A stretch of DNA of 64,000 nucleotides. It comes from Flectonema sp. DT1601. Its lineage: Eukaryota. This document shows, in pieces, positions 36,590 through 46,767 of the stretch. The position numbers and the translations under genes were made by a program. Under the pieces are notes generated by a model, which was not told where the DNA came from, searched no databases, and was given only the letters and a program-made list of their open reading frames with translations. Each line of letters begins with the position of its first letter. The first letter of the stretch is position 1. The stretch spans positions 434,001 to 498,000 of the forward strand of contig OZ025797.1 of assembly GCA_964019425.1 (NCBI GenBank), in the 5' to 3' direction.

Positions 36590-39300
36590 TGGAGATATCT
36601 TGTGGATACGGTCACTCGAAAACCGGGGTTGCTGAAGCGGACAAGGCCAAGTTTGAGGAATACTGCAGGGAACTAAGACCCTGTAACTCTTAGATCACTT
36701 GATCGGTCCCATTTGCCTGTCAATGTAGAAAAGCCAAGGATTTCATATCTGGCTGCATCGAGTTTCTGCGATTGACAGCCTACGAGAAGGTGGAGCTGGT
36801 TGGATGGAGCGCCGTGGCAGAATAGACATTTGATGGCTTTCCGCCAGTTTTGCATCAGCGGATGACACCCCGTTCTGAAATTCGCGATTCTAATTTCATC
36901 GCTCCTTTCTATGCCGGGAGGATATTTTATGGCGGAACCTTTGATGATGTTCTTATAGCAGGTGTATCCAATTCTGTTCCAAATGTCCTTCGTGATCCCC
37001 CTCCTCACTCGAGATTTGTGATAGAAGAAGGATCCGGATTGTCCAACAATGATTTTGAGTCGGTATAGATTCTGACTGACTTAGTTAGCACGTCTCTGTA
37101 CCTTCCAGTTTAAGTAGTTTGCCGCATTTTTCAAGGCATGTTGCTCAGTTCTGTAGCTGCAATCCGCACGCACTAATCTGGTCGCGTGAGCACATTTCTT
37201 TCCGTCTCGTGACTTAGCAATGAGAGCCGCGCCTGACGCACTCGAAGAGTATGAACCGTCACAGTTGATCACCATGTCCACCGGGAAGTGTCGCATTGTA
37301 GGTAAGGAATTTCTCTCTGTCCACTGCGGGATCGGGGGATTTTGTAAAACCGCAGCTGTTGCTGATTTGCACATTGTTCGAAGCAGTCTAAGGTTTGATA
37401 GAATCTGGTTGAACGAGCCCCACGCTTTCTAGTAGACTTTCAGTACGGAGAATGAGGCCAGCCCAGAAGCTTCGAGGCGATGCAAGTGAGTTGTCCGGCA
37501 CCCAGATCATGGCTTTGTACCTGAAATAGGCAATTTTAGTCTGCTTTTCGATCTGTCTTTTAAATGGCAAGATGTCAGCTTCCCAAAGGAGCAGCTCCCT
37601 CGGAGTACATTTACTACAAGTCTCGCTATTTTCCGCAACTCGAAGTCGATAGCATCTGTTTTATGCTGATTAAGCAACCAACCAAAGCTGTCCAGTGCAT
37701 AGGAAATCCTCGCTGTCACGTACAAGTTCTTAACCATCTTCAGGGTCTTGTAGTCCAATTCATATGGCTGGAGGCACTGCAGAAGGGAGATCCCTTTCTT
37801 CAGCTAGTCATGTGTTTTCTCTAACTGTTTATCAAACCTGAGCCTGTTATCAATGTAAACACCCAGATATTTCACTGAGTCCGTGATCGGCAATTGGAAG
37901 GCAATTTTAATTTTCGCTTTGACAATCATCTCGTCGTGGATGTTCAGCATCAGCAATTTTTCTAATTCTTGTTGAGTTCTGATGGGGTTCCCCTCTACTT
38001 CGAGGATTGTTTCGTCACTCAATAAAGTCGTCGTGTTGATTACGCTGTCTACATCAAAATTGTCAATATTTAATGTCTGTTCTTCCAGTGATTTTGAGAA
38101 TAAAAGTTCGCGGTCGCTAATAGTGGCATCATCCGTGAATTCTTTTATCAAGTTCCTGTCTGAGGGCACTCCAGTTTGTAGATTTGAAATCCCAGACAGT
38201 TCGTTTCCTTGCTCCAACTGTTGCTTGAGAGAGGTGAGCCATTGTGTCGAAGACAGCGAGTAGCGTTCGATCCGAATTATGCTTGTTGTCCAGAACAATT
38301 GATCCTTTGAAAATATGACATCAGGTGAAGTACCACCGCCAGGAATGTTGTGTATGGGCCGAGTTATTTGACCAGGTCTGTTTGCTACTAGAACGTCATT
38401 GCGATCCGCCCATTTAAATAATTCCTTACCAGATTTGGTTGTCCTGGTAGACCAGACGGGGTTGTGTGCGTTGAAGTCTCCCGCAATAATAGACTCGTTT
38501 GTTCGTGAAAATAATTCTTCTTCACTGATTCCTGGTGAGAAGCATCTCTTTGCCATTATTATAATGCCACCGCCTTTAGAATTTCTGTCCCTTCTGTATA
38601 ATAGTCAGGGTGCGAAATGTGTTCCTTCGACCAGATTTCCTGTAAGCACAGTACATCCGGCGAGCGAGTGTGAGAGGCGTCTTTGAATATAAGATCCCTT
38701 CTGACTTATTGATCTACAGTTCCAGCTCAACACTGAGAGTAACGAATTTTCAGGTCCAGGGTTGCGTTCAACGTCGCCTGCCAGTAGTAATAAACTTCGG
38801 GTCAGTTCTTTTTCAGTTTGAGAGATAGTCGGTGCTGTTGTAGTAGTCGGCTTCATCAGAACTTGACTTTGATGTGAGTCATTTTTAGGGTTTGAAGGTA
38901 ACGGTGTTCGTTTGTCAAGTCAGTTTGAGGTATCCATTTCCACATCAGTTGTTTCAGTAGTTTCGGTAGGTTCTTCAGCACAGTGTCTCTTCAAATCACC
39001 AGACCCTTGCCCGGGTTGAAGGTCGGCCCCAATTTGACCGGCTTTTCTTTTTTAGTTTCCTTGTTGATTACAAGATACACATCTTTGCCCATGTCGACGA
39101 AGCTTGATGATGGAACCGATTCAGAGATTGCAACTAACGTTTTGTTGCCTCCCTTATGAAAACTAGTCACAATTGTGTGACTGCACTTGTAATCTGTTGC
39201 GTGGTGAACTTTCTTAATAGCCAACGATTTAATTATAAAACGCTGACGACACCATTTTTCTCTTTTTCGTAATGACGGAAAATGTGACCAAAACATTGCC
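36590..39300 (-). mobile_element. Decayed Ingi/I-group-like non-LTR retrotransposon (2A peptide, APE, RT remnant, RNase H, CCHC)
   Basis: SVLSWNCRS, IIAGDFNAH, TSPDV (APE); VKYLGVYID (RT end); INCDGS (RNase H); CLFC..HLLVGC. Frameshifts, and most of the RT core is missing. Boundaries approximate. Confidence 0.85.
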
Positions 39301-39935
39301 AAAGGGTAGATTGGTCGGGTTGAGACATATTCCCGTTGTAATAAATCACCAAGACCCCTTCCGTGAGATCAATCACTCAAAAGTGTTACTGTAACTTAAC
39401 CCTTATCCCTATGTTAGAATTATGTAACAGTTTGTCGCGTATTGATGTGTTTTCAGTGAAAGGTCTAATCTAAGACCTCCAACTAAAATTCACCAGACTC
39501 AAACAGCATTCAAAATTAGGTAAATTTTGTCAGGCATATTCGAACCAGAAATCCTGACGTTAGTAACGGCCTGCCCTTTGGAAATGTGGCCTAACAATCA
39601 TCATCGATTTAAGTTTCGTGGCATAGCCGAAAATTTGTTTTTTCAGGTTGGACTTTGTACGGGACAGGCCCCTGCGCTCCAAGCATCACACCTAATCACT
39701 GTATCTCAGAACTAATGTTAAGTTATCGTTATGTTGTTTATGATACAATACATTTGTATTTTACGTACAAAATCAAACAGTTAACCCCGCACTCTCAGAA
39801 GATTTTGGGTCAAGTTCGAGTCTTGGTGGACAACTTCTTTTTGTTGGGAGTTGGCGATTTCGCAAACTATTTTAGTGGAACTAGAAGTTTTCCCTAAAAA
39901 TAATATTATTATTCAAAGCTTCTATCAAAAAAAAA

Positions 39936-42900
39936 ATGACGAAACGGAGCGGCAGCTCCATCAGCGATTCCGAAAACTGTGACGAAGCAGTTGAGTCTCT
40001 TGCAGACTCAGCTGCTTCGTCGCAGCAAACAACAAAAAAAAAAAAAAACGGGAGCAGCGGCAGCTCCATCAGCGATTCCGAGCTAAACTGTGACGAAGCA
40101 GTTGAGTCTCTTGCAGACTCAGCTTCGTCGCAGCAAACAACGAAAAAAAAAAAAAACGGGAGCAGCGGCAGCTCCATCAGCGATTCCGAGCTAAACTGTG
40201 ACGAAGCAGTTGAGTCTCTTGCAGACTCAGCTGCTTCGTCGCAGCAAACAACAAAAAAAAAAAAAAACGGGAGCAGCGGCAGCTCCATCAGCGATTCCGA
40301 GCTAAACTGTGACGAAGCAGTTGAGTCTCTTGCAGACTCAGCTTCGTCGCAGCAAACAACGAAAAAAAAAAAAAACGGGAGCAGCGGCAGCTCCATCAGC
40401 GATTCCGAGCTAAACTGTGACGAAGCAGTTGAGTCTCTTGCAGACTCAGCTGCTTCGTCGCAGCAAACAACAAAAAAAAAAAAAAAAAAAAGGAGCAGCG
40501 GCAGCTCCATCAGCGATTCCGAGCTAAGCTGCGACAAAGCAGTTGAATCTCTTGCAGACTCTGAATCATGGTTTGGTGAGAAATGGAATGCAATGGAAAT
40601 ATATAAAAAAAACCAATCTCGCGGAATGCAAGACATTGACACTACAAAAGCTGCTATCGAAAATCTTTATGAAAATGCGATATCTGGAATAGAAAATGGG
40701 AGAGATGACTTTGAGATTTCGTTGGAACAAACTACTGATAGAGCTATGAATGTGACTGAAGTCTTAGCTCAAGAAGATGAAGATGTTGGAAGTAATGATG
40801 TTCTTCTTCGATTGGTGTGTCAAAAAACTGTAAAATATTTTATGAAGAATGTGAGAGGATTAGAATTTGAGATGTTGAAATACGTATCCCAACACAACGC
40901 AACTTTCGAAGATTACCAATTCGAGTTTAACGATTTCAAAACAGTCACTCTCCTAATGGCTGAGGCTAACGAAGACATGGACACTCGTGCTGCAGCTCGT
41001 TATGAAGAAGAACACTCTAGCTCATTTAAAATTAGTTCTCTCTTTTTCAAAGATACGAATCAGATTCTACAACTCCCTCCTGAAACATTAGAATCAGCGA
41101 ATAGTCTTGCTGTAGCTGTAAGAGACAATGTACTGCATTATATTTATGTAGAAGTTTGTAAACTTTGTACCGATGATGATTCTCCTTCTATTGGTAGTAG
41201 AATACCTGCTGTTGATATTTTAAATACTTTTAGAAATATTATACCAAAAAAGAAACAACGTCGATCTGTTTTAACAAGGATTCTAAAAACCTCTGAGAGA
41301 TCTCTTACTGAAGATCGACTTGCTGCTTGCAGTATTGGATTCACAGCCAAGTCAAGACCCGTAGAACTTTTCAAAGAGTTGCAACACATTCCATACAGCG
41401 GTATTCACAGCAATACTAAAGATGCCCCTTATTATGGTCCATTTCGAGCTGAAGTATATTCTGGAGTCCCCTTAAGTCGAGAAGCTAATTTAAAGAAGTG
41501 CAGAAAACTATTCAAACAAGGTAACATGAATATGATTCACTTTGGTCTTCAAAGAAGTGACTTTAACAATTCTGATCTACTGTCAGGTTTTCTAAAACGG
41601 AATGAGTGTAAAAGTATCCGAGCCGATCTCATTGAGATGAGTAATTGTATTGTTTCACACACAGCTTGGAAGATTTTTAAGCACCGAATTAAAGAGAGAG
41701 TCTCAGCTGTTCCTTTATCTGATGAGGATAGCCAATACGTCAGCAAGGAAGACTTGACTAAAGCACTTATCCACATGGTAGAAAGACATGTCATTAAGGA
41801 GGAAGATTTCTGCGAAGTATATTTCAAACTCACAGCCATAGCTGTAGACGATAACAACGTCGACAGCACCAAATGCCGTGTCGCCGAATCAGCTGTATGG
41901 AAAGATCTGTGCTACATTTTCAACGGACAGATTGACAAAAAAACACTGTTATTAAACTGCACGAAGAAGTACACCAAAGCAATTGCTGGTCTTGGGTATC
42001 CAATCACATACGCTGAGAGACAGAGTAAGTCAATAAGGAACCAGTTTTATTTTCTTTCTTATATTTTGTTTGTCATCTGTTTTACTGCTTTCATTGGAAT
42101 TACAAAGGAGGCTGCTCCTGCGTTCTTCTTCAACTTTGCGATTGAAGAATACGTGGGTACAGATGAGATGGGCGACAAATCTTCTTTTTGGTTTCCTCAA
42201 AACTTCTATGACACTGTAAACGAAGAAGAATACTGGACCTGGTTTAAGGGGCCGTTGTTGGAAACATTTTTTAATTCAGAAAGTGGCGGCCCAGGTCTTA
42301 AAGAAACAGTTTCTTTCTCGAATAAACTAATTGGTGGTATCATGGTTAGACAACTGAGACAAGAAAAAAGAGATTGTCTGGGACTCAGTGATCTCATTAA
42401 TAACAATATTACATCGTGTCAACCACCCGCAGATACCAGAGCGTCAACAAACTGGAACCCAGTAAGCGACAAGCAATTGATTAATACAACAGCACCAAAT
42501 ACAGAACAGAAACGACGATCAGACAGTACTAGATATCCTTGTTTAGTTAGTGAATTACAAAACACTATTCGGTTTAAGAGAACCGTTCGAGTGGCAGTTC
42601 TCTCAAATGATAAGGATATTAGTAATCTCGCAGCATACGTGTCTAGACATATTATTGAAGATCGTTTGAGTGTTTATGTTGACTTCATTGAAGATATAAT
42701 TCCGATAGAGGCATTGAAACAAGTATCTGATCCCGACGGTACCATCGACGTCGTATTCGACATCAGAGACATTAGAGATGAATATGCACTAAATCAGTAC
42801 ACTTCAGGGTTTAAGAAGACACAGTTCTATGATGGGACTCAATCAGGTTGGTTTTTAACACCAGAAGGTAAAAAACAGTGTGAAGCATGCGCGACTACCG

Positions 42901-45506
42901 GTGTTAGTGCGTTGTCGTCTTTTGCGAATAGTAAAAAGTTCAGATCAACACAAATAGATGCGAATGGTCAAAAGGAACCCACTGGAAATAGAGGAGTCAT
43001 TCACAGTTATGATCCAAGATATGGAGTTCATACTTTTGTAAGTCAGTTAATTGATGGTCTGGGATTGTCTGAAACAATGTCATCAGAAGTAATTCAAGAA
43101 GAGGATCCCCCTACAGCAACAGACCCAGTCACTGAGATTGCAAACTACACTTATATAGCTGAGGCAGCGTCATCAACTAACCAGCCTCTCATATTCTACG
43201 GAACATCATTATCAAGACTTACAGTTGGGACATCAGCAGTGAGGATTCCAATGCCGGATTATAGTTCAGATTGCTTTAACACTCAAACATCACAGTATAC
43301 CTGTGGCTACCCGAAGGATAGTGGTAGTATTATCTACAGGGAAACCTTATCAGAGAAGAATCCTGATATCGTTCAACTACTTGAAAGTATTCAATTTACT
43401 GACAAGGACTTGAAGACGATGATAGGATCACTTAATGAGGGAAATAATTATACGGCAGCTGCATGTTCTTGGTTGAAACAGCCAGAGACAGAATGGCTTT
43501 GGGATAAATGGGTTAGAAGAAGTCTTTCTGATGATCTCAAAAGAAGAGAAACTGAATACGCGAGCGATTGTTATGATGATTGGCATATCGAACCATTTCA
43601 ATTATGGTTTAATGTTGGTGATGAGAAAGGGTACTATTCAAAGTCTGGTAATAAAACTATTCAAAAGATGCTTCAGAACTCTGATGGGTCAGATTGGATG
43701 CCGACGATGACTAGAAATGAATACCACCAAACAAAACAATCGGCCTCAGAAGGATCTCTAGAAAATGAAACAATATGGAAACGTCAAGAACCCTGGGTAT
43801 ATCGTACATGTTCTGAGCTTGGTACTGCATCAGAAATCCGTTCTTACCCTGGCCTTGTGACTGATGAGTTTAGTCAGCTGTCAACATACTACGCCTGTGG
43901 TGGTTATGGAACAGTGTTCACACTTGATCAAACATATAATGAAATAGTTAGTCAAGTTGATGATTTAATAAACAATCAGTGGATTGATGCAGCAACTCGT
44001 CAGATTGCAGTTGAATTCTTTGTTTATAATCAAAACAATCGTTTGGTAAGTAGATTCCAATACAGCGCTGAGTTGACAGCAACTGGTGGATGGGCAATGT
44101 CAAAGCAGGTCCATACTTTTAAATTATTTCAGCAAGAAGTAACAGACTTTTCGTACTGGACTGTACTTGTGTTAACTATTTTATTTATGATGTTTGGTAT
44201 CTATGCAACTATGAGAAATATACATAGAGTCTGGCAGGACCGACTTAGTTCTCTACGTCACGAGGCTTTGTACGCTCACGGAAATGTGTGTCCACTTTTC
44301 ACATACAGAGGACGGAGTAGAAATAGAATTCGAGGAATCGGAACAAGATTGATCTCAGCGTTTATGGCGACTTACGTTTCTAGTTTCTGGAACTTGTTTG
44401 ACACTTTCTTCTACACATTGTTAATATACTCATGGTTCTTAAGATATGAGCAAGTCAAAAGGGGACTAAGTGGCACTAACATCTCTTGTATTAGTACCTT
44501 CCCTGGTGACTTCCAACGTATGTCAGAGTTAGCTCTCCTGCAAGAGTACTTTGATGGGGCTGCTATGCTGTTGGCGTACTTTAAACTAATTTATTATTTG
44601 AAGGAATCGACTGAGCAAATCAGACGTCTCGTAAAAACTATTGGAAGAGCGAGTACTCTCATTTCCTACTTATTGTTATCTTTTGTTATTGTAATGGGAG
44701 GTTTCACGCTTTCAGCTTGGACAGTTTATGGTCCCTTGATTGCTGAATTTCGTGGTGTCGCAGGTGCATTTCTAGCCTTACTGTTTATGATGATGGGTGA
44801 AGTGTCTGCTTTCTCTAGCATGTCTGATTTTAGACCAACGTTTGCGCTTGCGTTTTTTGTTATGTTTTTCGTGTTGGTTATTTCTGTGTTATTCAATCTG
44901 CTTATCGGTGTGATTACGAACACCTTTGGAACTGTTTACAAGGAAAGGTTTGACCCAAACCCATTCTTAGCGATGGCAATTCATGACCCGGGGGCAGCAA
45001 CGTGGAATGCAACTCGAGCTAACGCGATGACGGTTTCTATTTCAGAGTCAGCTATCGCTGGTGAATTCCAACGTTTGATAACAGGTGAGCGAAACCGTTG
45101 TCCAAGAATCTTTTGGGAGATGTATAAAAAACTTCTCGTTGGATTAGAATCACCTGATCTCGGAATCTGTCTTCGTTCTGCAGTTGCTGCTCGTATTATT
45201 GCCAGAATGAATGGAGCAAGTTTTGAACTTCAAATTGATGAAAGCGATGGAATCGATCAAGTTGAGTCGTACGACTTATCTTCTCTCTCAATTCGTTCTT
45301 TCATCGATGACGCTGTCGGTAAATCTCGCGCACCAATGCTTGAAGTCTTTCTGGTGGAACTACCCAGCAAGATTCTCGCTCACAACAAGGCTAAAGAATA
45401 TGTCAGCATGCTTATTGATCATAATAATTGGCGTAAGAAAGTTGAAAAGTATATCAACTTTGAAGTTGGAAACAAAGTACAATCTAAGACAGATGAGAAA
45501 ACTTGA
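39936..45506 (+). CDS. Polycystin-2/TRPP-like cation channel with inserted OpuAC/ProX-like substrate-binding domain, copy 1
   Basis: Polycystin-domain motifs EEYWTWFKGPLL, NKLIGGIMVRQLR, WIDAATRQIAVEFFVYN; TM region FWNLFD...LFNLLIGVI; binding-protein-like segment at about 42573-43515. Confidence 0.85.
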   Translation: MTKRSGSSISDSENCDEAVESLADSAASSQQTTKKKKNGSSGSSISDSELNCDEAVESLADSASSQQTTKKKKNGSSGSSISDSELNCDEAVESLADSAASSQQTTKKKKNGSSGSSISDSELNCDEAVESLADSASSQQTTKKKKNGSSGSSISDSELNCDEAVESLADSAASSQQTTKKKKKKRSSGSSISDSELSCDKAVESLADSESWFGEKWNAMEIYKKNQSRGMQDIDTTKAAIENLYENAISGIENGRDDFEISLEQTTDRAMNVTEVLAQEDEDVGSNDVLLRLVCQKTVKYFMKNVRGLEFEMLKYVSQHNATFEDYQFEFNDFKTVTLLMAEANEDMDTRAAARYEEEHSSSFKISSLFFKDTNQILQLPPETLESANSLAVAVRDNVLHYIYVEVCKLCTDDDSPSIGSRIPAVDILNTFRNIIPKKKQRRSVLTRILKTSERSLTEDRLAACSIGFTAKSRPVELFKELQHIPYSGIHSNTKDAPYYGPFRAEVYSGVPLSREANLKKCRKLFKQGNMNMIHFGLQRSDFNNSDLLSGFLKRNECKSIRADLIEMSNCIVSHTAWKIFKHRIKERVSAVPLSDEDSQYVSKEDLTKALIHMVERHVIKEEDFCEVYFKLTAIAVDDNNVDSTKCRVAESAVWKDLCYIFNGQIDKKTLLLNCTKKYTKAIAGLGYPITYAERQSKSIRNQFYFLSYILFVICFTAFIGITKEAAPAFFFNFAIEEYVGTDEMGDKSSFWFPQNFYDTVNEEEYWTWFKGPLLETFFNSESGGPGLKETVSFSNKLIGGIMVRQLRQEKRDCLGLSDLINNNITSCQPPADTRASTNWNPVSDKQLINTTAPNTEQKRRSDSTRYPCLVSELQNTIRFKRTVRVAVLSNDKDISNLAAYVSRHIIEDRLSVYVDFIEDIIPIEALKQVSDPDGTIDVVFDIRDIRDEYALNQYTSGFKKTQFYDGTQSGWFLTPEGKKQCEACATTGVSALSSFANSKKFRSTQIDANGQKEPTGNRGVIHSYDPRYGVHTFVSQLIDGLGLSETMSSEVIQEEDPPTATDPVTEIANYTYIAEAASSTNQPLIFYGTSLSRLTVGTSAVRIPMPDYSSDCFNTQTSQYTCGYPKDSGSIIYRETLSEKNPDIVQLLESIQFTDKDLKTMIGSLNEGNNYTAAACSWLKQPETEWLWDKWVRRSLSDDLKRRETEYASDCYDDWHIEPFQLWFNVGDEKGYYSKSGNKTIQKMLQNSDGSDWMPTMTRNEYHQTKQSASEGSLENETIWKRQEPWVYRTCSELGTASEIRSYPGLVTDEFSQLSTYYACGGYGTVFTLDQTYNEIVSQVDDLINNQWIDAATRQIAVEFFVYNQNNRLVSRFQYSAELTATGGWAMSKQVHTFKLFQQEVTDFSYWTVLVLTILFMMFGIYATMRNIHRVWQDRLSSLRHEALYAHGNVCPLFTYRGRSRNRIRGIGTRLISAFMATYVSSFWNLFDTFFYTLLIYSWFLRYEQVKRGLSGTNISCISTFPGDFQRMSELALLQEYFDGAAMLLAYFKLIYYLKESTEQIRRLVKTIGRASTLISYLLLSFVIVMGGFTLSAWTVYGPLIAEFRGVAGAFLALLFMMMGEVSAFSSMSDFRPTFALAFFVMFFVLVISVLFNLLIGVITNTFGTVYKERFDPNPFLAMAIHDPGAATWNATRANAMTVSISESAIAGEFQRLITGERNRCPRIFWEMYKKLLVGLESPDLGICLRSAVAARIIARMNGASFELQIDESDGIDQVESYDLSSLSIRSFIDDAVGKSRAPMLEVFLVELPSKILAHNKAKEYVSMLIDHNNWRKKVEKYINFEVGNKVQSKTDEKT
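39950..40560 (+). repeat. Coding tandem repeat with alternating 108/111-bp units, about 5.5 copies
   Basis: Unit SSGSSISDSELNCDEAVESLADSA(A)SSQQTTKKKKNG. Confidence 0.9.
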
Positions 45507-46767
45507 TAAGCTCCTCTCTAGAAGATAAAAATATTATTTAGGTTACTTTCCTCTTCATATCGTGCGATTTCGATATTTATTTTTGTCACCTTACGAGTTG
45601 CTGACATCACTCACATGTTGTTTTGTGGGGATGGTTCTGTTTGCGCTTTTGTTTCGCGACCTAACAAGGAAAGCCGTTCCTTCTTTTTGCTTTTCAATTT
45701 GTTACTGTTATCCGTATTCATGTCGTGGTAGATGTTAATATTGGAGAGAATTGGGTGTCTCACTCACTCTCTTTTATTTTATTCTTGCAGTCAATACAAA
45801 GTCTGCATCTTGTCCTTATTTGAGAATCAAGGGAGCTTATTATGTGTGTACTACTGATGTTGTAGTAGACGCATAATAAGTAGACTTGTCTCACTATCAG
45901 TTAGCTTTTCCTTTTTTTTTTTCCTGCTCAGAGACTCGGACACATCCATAGAATACCGTCTGAGCATGAGTGGAAACCTTTTTATTTTTTTTATTATTCG
46001 TTCCCCATAAACATAACTCAGCCCAACTCATTTTGTTGGTATCCCGCGTTCACTGATATTTATATAGGGGACTGTGTTAAATGGTAAAATAAATAACCAT
46101 GTTGACGTGATCCCTTTGCTGAGAATGGCAAACGCGATGAGTAGGACAGGCCTGACACTGCAGTGTCCCCCTTGCTTTCGCTGAAGAGGGCTGGGTAAGG
46201 GGAATGGTCCGAAGAAAGATTTTTTAATTTTAGCCCGAAACCAACCATTATTTGTTTGTTGTCCTACGAACTTTTGCATTCGATTGAATTTTCCCGCCCT
46301 CTCCCCTTCTTTTGACTGATAACCATTAGTACTAACTATTCATGCAGTCAATACAAAGTCTGCATCTTGTCCTTATTTGAGAATCAAAGGAGCTTATTAT
46401 GTGTCTACTGATGTAGTAGTAGACTTGTCTCACTATCAGTTAGCTTTTCCTTTTTTTTTTCCTGTTCTCTTTTTTTTATTCTGCCCCTATCTTCAACAAG
46501 ATATTTAAAAAAAAAAAAAGAAGAGAGAAAGGAGAAGAAAAGGAACACCGCAGTCACCCACCCAATAGTACGATCACCCGATCAGCTGAAGTGATGAACG
46601 GTGAGTTTCGAGTACTCGTGTCCCGTTACCACCTAGCGATTGGTTGCTATGTTTATTTGTTTTTCTCTCATTACAAAAATTCTCTATTTTTGGTATTGCT
46701 CAATATCAAAATAATGTCTTCTTTTTTTCAGTAAGATTAAATGTAGCGAAGAAATATGTTTTCCCTC

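Noticed and set aside
39950..40560. CRISPR-like array
   Set aside because: Whole units repeat with no unique spacers; it is in-frame coding sequence in a eukaryotic context with no cas genes.
39881..40642. 253-aa minus-strand ORF
   Set aside because: Antisense shadow of the coding tandem repeat.
46545..46650. 5S rRNA-like sequence (also at about 59225-59330)
   Set aside because: Only short word matches (ccgatc, tgaag, agtact); the terminal helix could not be formed.
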